Assembly (NCBI GenBank): GCA_946615965.1
Contig: CAMOIC010000002.1
Coordinates: 860 to 64,859, forward strand
Direction: 5' to 3'
DNA: 64,000 nt
Source of the DNA: an uncultured Clostridia bacterium
Lineage (GTDB): Bacteria > Bacillota > Clostridia > Christensenellales > UBA3700
The number at the start of each line of letters is the position of its first letter. Position 1 is the first letter of the stretch. The notes below the pieces were generated by a model, which saw only the letters and a program-made list of their open reading frames with translations, ran no database searches and was not told the DNA's origin. Position numbers and translations under genes: made by a program. Positions 8,341-14,912 of the stretch are shown one piece after another.

Positions 8341-9786
8341 TTATAGGCCTAAGTCGTCTTCTTCTAAGCCTTTATTAAATTTAATCTTTTTTCTAGCGAT
8401 TTCATTTTGTGATGAAATAATAACTTCGTACTCTCCTGGTTTTTCAATATTCAATGGTTCAGATACCCATGAATTGAATTTCTTAGAACATAGATAATTT
8501 GCCCCATTTACTTGCAAATATACTTTTTCTAGTTCCTTAGATACAGAAAACTCAACACTTGGCTTCTCCCCTGCCTTCATATTAATAACATCTTCAGCAA
8601 ATGTTACTTCTACAGTTTCATCTTCTTTTTCTTTCTTTACAGTTCCGCCAGTTCTTCCAGCATATTCTTCAAAAGCTTTTAAATCTTTTTGTTTTACTGT
8701 AGGTGGAACTTTAGATAATGCTTTAACAAAATCTTTCATAGTAATATCTGTTAAAACATCAGTCTTAATATAATTGTTTAGAGGATCTTCTTTTGCTCTA
8801 TCACAAACTTCTGCAATATCTGCACCAGAATAACCTTCTGTTACTTTAACAAGCTTCTTAATATCTACATCTTTTCCAAGAGGAACATTATTTAATTGTT
8901 TATTAAACATATATTCTCTTGCTGGAGCATCAGGCAAAGATACATAAATCTTTTCACTAAATCTTCCAGAACGAACAGCTGCACTATCTACATCCCAAGG
9001 TCTATTAGTAGCACCAAGTAATAATAGGTTATCTGTCTTTGATGCAAATCCATCGATTTGTTGTAAGAATTCATTTACACGCTTATCATTGTGCATATCT
9101 TGGCCACGTTGTCCAAATAAAGAATCCATTTCATCAATAAAAATGATAGCAAGCTTATCTTTTTTAGCAGCTTCAAATAATGAAGAAATATTCTTTTCAC
9201 TCTCACCTACATATTTAGATAAGATATCTGATCCTTTAATTGCATAGAATGTAGCACCAACTTCGCCAGCAATGGCTTTTGCTATTAAAGTCTTACCTGT
9301 TCCTGGAGGTCCATATAACAAGACACCACCACCCATTTTCTTACCATACTTGGCATATTTTTCTGGGTACTTAATAGGATTAATCATTCTAGTTAAGATT
9401 GTTTTCTTAACTTCTTCTAGTCCAGCAACATCAGAGAATTTGATATCTGGGATAGCAGAACCTTGCCAAATCTTGCCATTATCTTCATCTTGTTCTTGTT
9501 GTTGACCACCTTGAGAATTATCTCCAGTTCCTGGAACACGTCTAACAGCTGGACGTTTTCTATCTCCACATGCTTCTGCGTTTTCTTGATACATTTTAGC
9601 TTTTTTAATAAGCGATGCCTTTAATTGTTGTGAAGAATATTTACTTGTTTCTAATGCCTTTTGTGCAGCAAGCATATAATACTTCTTAGCAGCAGTATAG
9701 TTGCCAGCAGCCTGACATCTAATTGCATTATTGTAGTAAGTATCCATCATTTCTCTGTAGAAAGACACATCCTTAACTTCAGCCAT
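8341..9786 (-). CDS. Vps4-like AAA+ ATPase (MIT-like N-domain, linker, AAA core, extra C-terminal beta-rich domain)
   Basis: MIT-like three-helix N-terminus YYNNAIRCQAAGNYTAAKKYYMLAAQKALETSKY...KKAKMYQENAEAC. Walker A GPPGTGKT, pore loop KYVGESEK, Walker B IIFIDEMD, ATNRPWDVDSAAVRSGRF. About 100 aa of unrelated C-terminal sequence. Confidence 0.8.
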   Translation of the reverse strand: MAEVKDVSFYREMMDTYYNNAIRCQAAGNYTAAKKYYMLAAQKALETSKYSSQQLKASLIKKAKMYQENAEACGDRKRPAVRRVPGTGDNSQGGQQQEQDEDNGKIWQGSAIPDIKFSDVAGLEEVKKTILTRMINPIKYPEKYAKYGKKMGGGVLLYGPPGTGKTLIAKAIAGEVGATFYAIKGSDILSKYVGESEKNISSLFEAAKKDKLAIIFIDEMDSLFGQRGQDMHNDKRVNEFLQQIDGFASKTDNLLLLGATNRPWDVDSAAVRSGRFSEKIYVSLPDAPAREYMFNKQLNNVPLGKDVDIKKLVKVTEGYSGADIAEVCDRAKEDPLNNYIKTDVLTDITMKDFVKALSKVPPTVKQKDLKAFEEYAGRTGGTVKKEKEDETVEVTFAEDVINMKAGEKPSVEFSVSKELEKVYLQVNGANYLCSKKFNSWVSEPLNIEKPGEYEVIISSQNEIARKKIKFNKGLEEDDLGL

Positions 9787-9796
9787 TTATTACCCC

Positions 9797-10390
9797 TTAG
9801 TTGTTATTTGTTTCTTTAATCTTTTTGCTAATTTCATCTAATTGCTTATCAATATCATCATCACTAACTTCATCCATAGCTAGTTCTTGATCGATAAGAC
9901 TATTAATTTCGTCATCAGAAATGGCATTTGTATCACCTGTATGAGCATTGAACTCTCCTTCTGACATATCTAGATAAATATCCATTTGTTCAGTTTGAGT
10001 TTGAACACCTTCCATAGCGGCTTCAAATTGTTGTTGAACTTTAGCAAAGTCCTTAGAATTTGTTAACTTTGTCATTTCCTTAGATAAAAGACTTAAACCA
10101 CCTAAGAATTCATGAGTCATAACTGTCATATCTTTCATTTGAGAAGTGATTTCAAAGTTCAATAACATCTCTTGAGCTCTTTTTTGTTGAGCCATAGTCA
10201 TTTTTAAACCAGTAACAGCTAAATTATATTGGTTCATTAAACCAAGCTTTTTAGCACGCTTTGCTGCTGAGATATATACTTTCTTTTGATCTTCTAGTTT
10301 AGAAATTTGTTTATTCATTTGGTTAATAGTCTTTTTAACCAACATTTTCTTTTCTATTTCTTTCTCTTGTTTAGTTTTAAATAATCCCAT
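9797..10390 (-). CDS. ESCRT-III superfamily protein, Vps2/Vps24/CHMP3-like
   Basis: 197 aa. MGLFKTKQEKEIEKK N-terminus, then a basic helical hairpin (AAKRAKKLGLMNQYNLAVTGLKMTMAQQKRAQEM), then KDFAKVQQQFEAAMEGVQTQTEQMDIYLD, and an acidic C-terminus ending in an amphipathic DDDIDKQLDEISKKIKE helix. Confidence 0.65.
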   Translation of the reverse strand: MGLFKTKQEKEIEKKMLVKKTINQMNKQISKLEDQKKVYISAAKRAKKLGLMNQYNLAVTGLKMTMAQQKRAQEMLLNFEITSQMKDMTVMTHEFLGGLSLLSKEMTKLTNSKDFAKVQQQFEAAMEGVQTQTEQMDIYLDMSEGEFNAHTGDTNAISDDEINSLIDQELAMDEVSDDDIDKQLDEISKKIKETNNN

Positions 10391-11007
10391 TATTCGTCAG
10401 TCTCCTCAAATTCTTTTTCTATTAATCCTGCTTCACCGCTTTCTTCAACGGCAGCAATTGTTTCTTCTTGTTCTGCAGTATCTTGCTCTTCAAACATAGC
10501 AAGTAATTGATCATCATTCTTACCTGCACCGTAAATTGTTTCATTTAAATCATATTGCATTGCAACTTCATTAAATGTATCGTCAGATGTTGTTAATATA
10601 TCTTCTTCCTTAACTCTTAAATTCAATGCCTTATTTAAGTACTTAGCAAGTGCCTTTTGGTCACCTAATAACTTATTAATTGGAATTTTACCTGTATTTG
10701 CATAGAATTCCTTATCTTCCATAGCATCCTTTAACTTATTCATTAAGTTGATGTTATAGACAAGATACATACCTCTTTGTGCATCACGTTGTTTTTGAGC
10801 TTTTAGGTAATTAATCTTCTTTGCATATAAAAGTCTTATCTCTTGAGATTTCTCAGCTTTACCCTTCTTTAAAAGTTCTTCAATTTCAGCTGTCTTTTCT
10901 ACAATGCCATCTTCGATAGCTTCTTGTTCTTTCTCAAGTTTGATAATAGAATTTACAACTTCTTCTCTTTTTAATTTCTTAAATCTAAAATATGATAAGA
11001 ATCCCAC
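10390..11007 (-). CDS. ESCRT-III superfamily protein, Snf7/CHMP4-like
   Basis: 205 aa. MGFLSYFRFKK N-terminus, coiled-coil hairpin LLKKGKAEKSQEIRLLYAKKINYLKAQKQRDAQ, and a strongly acidic tail (EEQDTAEQEETIAAVEESGE...EFEETDE). The stop overlaps the start of the next gene. Confidence 0.55.
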   Translation of the reverse strand: MGFLSYFRFKKLKREEVVNSIIKLEKEQEAIEDGIVEKTAEIEELLKKGKAEKSQEIRLLYAKKINYLKAQKQRDAQRGMYLVYNINLMNKLKDAMEDKEFYANTGKIPINKLLGDQKALAKYLNKALNLRVKEEDILTTSDDTFNEVAMQYDLNETIYGAGKNDDQLLAMFEEQDTAEQEETIAAVEESGEAGLIEKEFEETDE

Positions 11008-11018
11008 AAATAGCCTCC

Positions 11019-11372
11019 TTATTCGTTCGCGCGTCTTTCAACAACTAATTGATTTAAATCTCTTAAATTGTGATTAAGCGCTAAATCACTTCTTAATTTT
11101 CCTCTAGACAAGATTAGCTTTAGAGAATCCAATTTATCTGATATCTCTTTATCTATTCTCTCTACTTCTTCTGAAACAACAGGATTTGAATATTTAATTT
11201 CGATATATAAATCCTTTAATTGTTGTTCAATAGAATGATTACTCTTTGCTAAAACAATTAGCATATTAATCTTTTCTGCATTTTTATCTAAAGTTTTCTT
11301 AACTTGCATAACTTTAGCAACATGTGCAGGAGAGATATCTATAATTTCTTTATCTTTAACAAATAATCCCAT
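11019..11372 (-). CDS. Small all-helical protein sharing the MGLF N-terminus (function unknown)
   Basis: 117 aa, MGLFVKDKEII..., heptad-like helical sequence. Start overlaps the stop of the SPFH gene (TAATG). No family recognised. Confidence 0.45.
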   Translation of the reverse strand: MGLFVKDKEIIDISPAHVAKVMQVKKTLDKNAEKINMLIVLAKSNHSIEQQLKDLYIEIKYSNPVVSEEVERIDKEISDKLDSLKLILSRGKLRSDLALNHNLRDLNQLVVERRANE

Positions 11373-12136
11373 TATTCTACCCTCGCTCCACAGTTATTAC
11401 AGAATTTACTTCCTGCGACAATTATATGGCCACATCTTGGACAAACATCTTGTTTTGTTCTTGCAGCTTTTGACTTATCCATATATCTATCTGAGATATT
11501 GACATTAGAAATTAAAAATGAAGAAATCTCTAATCCATATTCTCTATACAAAGCTTTATCTAAAGATTGTCTAATCTCATAAGACATAGCCATTTTATCT
11601 TCTGCGATTCTATCTAATGGCACTTCATTAACTGCCACATATTCAAGAATGCATGGTTCAATATATGATAAGATTTTACCCTTTAGTCTTTCTTTTAAAT
11701 CTTCTAAAGAAAATCTCTTATTAACACCAACAAGTTCTAAATAGAATTGTCTTGGATTCTTAACACGAAGTTCAATTTCTCCATTAGCACCCATTTTTGC
11801 AGGATTATCTGTGATTGGATCATGAATATCAAACAATGCAGGTGTTCCCCAAAGCACTTTAACTTTGGCTGTTTTTGATATATAGAAAAACTCAATTCTT
11901 GATGGGTCTTGCTTCTCTATTGAGAATGGAGAATTCTTATCTTGTAATTTATAAACGCCAGGTTTTATAGTTTCTAAAGCAATGCCATCTTTAAGAACAA
12001 TAGCAACATGAGTTTCGTCTATAATCACTTTTGAGTCCGAATTAATAGAAGAGATACTCTTTCTTATGAATAAATCATCATTAGAGATCTCACTTTTGTT
12101 TAAAAACACAACTTTTGAGTCTGTAGTTGTAGCCAA
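11372..12136 (-). CDS. SPFH/Band-7-like protein with C-terminal Zn-ribbon (YdjI / COG4260-like)
   Basis: 254 aa with a TTG start 7 nt after AGGAGG. Blocks THVAIVLKDGIA...PGVYKL, KVLWGTPALFDIHDP and GLEISSFLISNVNISD parallel B. subtilis YdjI as I recall it. C-terminal CPRCGH...CNNCG ribbon. Confidence 0.7.
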   Translation of the reverse strand: MATTTDSKVVFLNKSEISNDDLFIRKSISSINSDSKVIIDETHVAIVLKDGIALETIKPGVYKLQDKNSPFSIEKQDPSRIEFFYISKTAKVKVLWGTPALFDIHDPITDNPAKMGANGEIELRVKNPRQFYLELVGVNKRFSLEDLKERLKGKILSYIEPCILEYVAVNEVPLDRIAEDKMAMSYEIRQSLDKALYREYGLEISSFLISNVNISDRYMDKSKAARTKQDVCPRCGHIIVAGSKFCNNCGARVE

Positions 12137-12193
12137 TTTTCCTCCTACATCTTGTGGTTTAAAAACAAATCTACCACAATATGTAACAATAAT

Positions 12194-12222
12194 ATTTTAT
12201 ATTAAATATTTAAGTCAGTCAA
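12194..12222 (-). promoter_or_regulatory. Sigma-A-type promoter of the seven-gene operon
   Basis: Minus strand TTGACT (12222-12217), 17 nt, TAAAAT (12199-12194), about 50 nt upstream of the TTG start. The -35 lies inside the perfect palindrome GTCAATATTGAC (12218-12229). Confidence 0.5.
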
Positions 12223-12285
12223 TATTGACCTATTCTAAGGGATTTATATCAAATTTAACTAAACAATTTCTTAAAAAATTTCATT

Positions 12286-12321
12286 AAAAAAGGGCGAGAA
12301 ACTACTAAGAGTCGCTCACCC
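12286..12321 (-). terminator. Intrinsic terminator downstream of ftsZ
   Basis: Minus strand GGGUGAG-(16 nt)-CUCGCCC followed by UUUUUU, about 40 nt after the ftsZ stop. Confidence 0.6.
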
Positions 12322-12360
12322 TCTTTTGGGTATATATGTTGTTGTAAACTTTTTAGTCTA

Positions 12361-13686
12361 TTAGATGTTTCTGTTCATCATTCTTGAAAGCCAAGGAGCA
12401 GTCTTCTTACCTTGTGGGTTTGTTGTTGGCTGTGGTTGGCTTGGTTGAACAGTTTGTTGTACAGGTTGAACTGGTTGTTGTGGTTGTTGTTGGTTTTGTC
12501 CAAAAACTGAATCATAACTTACAGGTCTTGCTGTAAATCCAGGATATGCTTGATAACCACCTGGGATTGGTTGTCTATATTGAGGTTGTTGAGGTTGTTG
12601 CTCATAATCTTTATCTGCAGCTACCTCTGCACCTTCTGTACCAATAATGTGTTGAGATACATGGTAAGTACTTGCAAATGTAGAATTATCCATAATTGCA
12701 TGATCACCATATTGGTTCTTGTAGTTCTTGAATGGGCTTCTTTGTTGATTCTCTTCAAATCCAGTAGCAACAATAAGAACTTTAACCTTATCTCCGAAGC
12801 TTTCTTCAAATCCTGTACCAAAGATAATGTTTGCATCAGCAGATACACATCTTCTTACAAGTTGCGAAGCATCATTAGCTTCTTTTAATCCTAATGTGTT
12901 ACCACCAACGATATATAGTAATACGCCAGTAGCACCAGAAATATTTGTATCTAGTAAGTTGCTCATAATAGCAGTTTCAACAGCCTTTCTTGTTTTATCT
13001 TTACCTTCAGCTTCTCCAATTGCTAAGTGAGCCATTCCTTTTCCTTTCATAATTGTCTTTACATCAGCAAAGTCAAGATTCAACTTTGTAGATGTTGCAA
13101 TAAGGTCTGTTAAACCTCTAATTGCATCTCTAAGTACAGTATCAGCATGCTTAAATGCGCCCATAAAGCTTACATTGTCACCTAAAACCTTTAATAAGTT
13201 GTTATTAGGAATAACAATCATAGAATCTACGTTTTCTTTTAATTGAGCGATACCTGATTCTGCGTTCTTCATTCTTACAGCACCTTCAAATTCAAAAGGT
13301 TTTGTAACAACGGCAACTGTTAAAATGTTCTTTTCCTTAGCCATTTGAGCAATAACCGGAGCTGCACCAGTTCCAGTACCACCACCCATTCCGGCTGTGA
13401 TAAATAACATATCAACATCGTTTAAATAGTCTCTAATTTCATCTCTTGACTCTTCTGCTGCGCCTTTACCAACGTCTGGTCTAGCACCTGCACCAAGTCC
13501 CTTTGTTGTTGTTTTACCAATAGCAATCTTATGAGGTGCTTTAGAAACCTCTAATGCTTGGCCATCAGTATTAACTGCAACGAATTCTGCGCTGTCAACT
13601 CCAGCTTCGATCATTGAATCAACGGCGTTACAACCGCCACCGCCGACACCCATTACTAGGATTTTTGCTCTTTTGTTCTCTGACAT
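12361..13686 (-). CDS. ftsZ: Cell division protein FtsZ
   Basis: ILVMGVGGGGCNAV, GGGTGTGAAPV and a Q/P-rich linker, with C-terminal peptide APWLSRMMNRN. I prefer the ATG at 13686 behind AGGAGGG over the track start at 13737, which would overlap ftsA. Confidence 0.95.
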   Translation of the reverse strand: MSENKRAKILVMGVGGGGCNAVDSMIEAGVDSAEFVAVNTDGQALEVSKAPHKIAIGKTTTKGLGAGARPDVGKGAAEESRDEIRDYLNDVDMLFITAGMGGGTGTGAAPVIAQMAKEKNILTVAVVTKPFEFEGAVRMKNAESGIAQLKENVDSMIVIPNNNLLKVLGDNVSFMGAFKHADTVLRDAIRGLTDLIATSTKLNLDFADVKTIMKGKGMAHLAIGEAEGKDKTRKAVETAIMSNLLDTNISGATGVLLYIVGGNTLGLKEANDASQLVRRCVSADANIIFGTGFEESFGDKVKVLIVATGFEENQQRSPFKNYKNQYGDHAIMDNSTFASTYHVSQHIIGTEGAEVAADKDYEQQPQQPQYRQPIPGGYQAYPGFTARPVSYDSVFGQNQQQPQQPVQPVQQTVQPSQPQPTTNPQGKKTAPWLSRMMNRNI

Positions 13687-13702
13687 ATTATACCCTCCTA
13701 TG

Positions 13703-14839
13703 TTAGAACAACTTGTTCCATATGCTTTGATTTTCATTTATTTCATACGCTACATCAAGCAAAGCAATAAACGATGTATAGTATGGTTTATCAAATCCAT
13801 TAATTCCAGGAACTCTACCTTTAACTCTTCTCTTTAATTTCTTTTCAAGATACAATAAAGCTCCCTTTATACCAGAAATTCCACCGCCAGTTAAATATAT
13901 TGGTGTGGATTCAGAGACAACTCCGCTTTCTTGGTTAATTGATGTATTCACAAAGTCAACAATCTCATCTAATCTTTGCATAATTGAATTATTAATATCT
14001 GTTGCTTTGTATGTTTTTATTCTATTTTGCGAATTAACAGTGTATAAAGCTCCTTCTGCAAATACAAAATCAAGATTAATTGAGTTTTGTATAGCTAATG
14101 CTTCTTCAAATTCAACTCCAAGTTGCATAGATAAAGTATTAAAAATACTTCCAGTTCCAAGAGGAGCAGAATATTGAGCAATAATACCTTCGCCCTTTAC
14201 TAAAGCTAAAGATGTTGAACCAAATCCAATATCTAGGCTTAGTACACCATAATTTCTTGATTCTTCATCTATAAACTTTGTACTTACAACCCAAGAAGAA
14301 CATAAATACTTTGTATGCTCAATTCCTAGTTCACTAAGTATAAAGTCAAAATATTGCATAAATTGTTTTGAAACATACATGTAAGATATTGTGGCTCTAA
14401 TAGTTGTAGCTCTCTCACCGTATGGATCAATTGTTTCTTTTACTTCATCAAGAACATATCTAACAGCTGCAGAAGAAATTAATTCCCATTCTGGATCGTT
14501 ATTAACATCTCCTCTTTTATGAATTTCATCAATCATAGAAGAAGTTACAAGTTTTTCTCTTCCATAATTAACGAAATAACTCTTAGTCTCAATTTTTGAG
14601 AATTCTACAGGAACTGAAATATAAACGCACTTAGGCATCTTTTGAATGCCACTAGCTTTAATGCAATTATGTACGTCATCTTCAAGTCCATCTAAATTAC
14701 AAAATTCAGACTCATAATATCCTTGATAAGGTACACATGAGAAATTAGAAACTGAGATAACTCCAAGAGAATTTTTGGAGCCCGTAGCAAAAACTAGTTT
14801 GCCTGATCCGATATCTAAAACAGCAACTTCTTTACCCAT
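13703..14839 (-). CDS. ftsA: Cell division protein FtsA (divergent)
   Basis: Actin-fold motifs VLDIGSGK and LDIGFGSTS..., TGGG near the C-terminus, amphipathic end SIWNKLF. Located immediately upstream of ftsZ. Confidence 0.8.
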   Translation of the reverse strand: MGKEVAVLDIGSGKLVFATGSKNSLGVISVSNFSCVPYQGYYESEFCNLDGLEDDVHNCIKASGIQKMPKCVYISVPVEFSKIETKSYFVNYGREKLVTSSMIDEIHKRGDVNNDPEWELISSAAVRYVLDEVKETIDPYGERATTIRATISYMYVSKQFMQYFDFILSELGIEHTKYLCSSWVVSTKFIDEESRNYGVLSLDIGFGSTSLALVKGEGIIAQYSAPLGTGSIFNTLSMQLGVEFEEALAIQNSINLDFVFAEGALYTVNSQNRIKTYKATDINNSIMQRLDEIVDFVNTSINQESGVVSESTPIYLTGGGISGIKGALLYLEKKLKRRVKGRVPGINGFDKPYYTSFIALLDVAYEINENQSIWNKLF

Positions 14840-14912
14840 AGTTAAATTATAATTTAAACTATGGGTAAAATCAAGTCTTTTTTATAAAATTTTACTAAAT
14901 TATATGGAAAAA

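Noticed and set aside
9797-11007. Annotating the two helical proteins simply as PspA/phage-shock protein A
   Set aside because: They do belong to the same superfamily, and the MGLF start is PspA/Vipp1-like. However, the helix-hairpin sequence blocks, the acidic tails, the MIM-like end and the adjacent MIT-AAA ATPase fit Snf7-type ESCRT-III better. They are left as 'ESCRT-III superfamily' pending profile searches.
12550-13030. ORFs of 112, 75 and 67 aa inside ftsZ. The same class also covers antisense or off-frame ORFs inside argJ, argC, clpX, tig, groEL, carA, purL, parC and others (for example 900-1145, 1979-2242, 20232-20582, 35507-35695, 46471-46839, 61891-62343).
   Set aside because: All are embedded in, and mostly antisense to, long genes with unmistakable conserved products. 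They have low-complexity or hydrophobic nonsense translations and no RBS.
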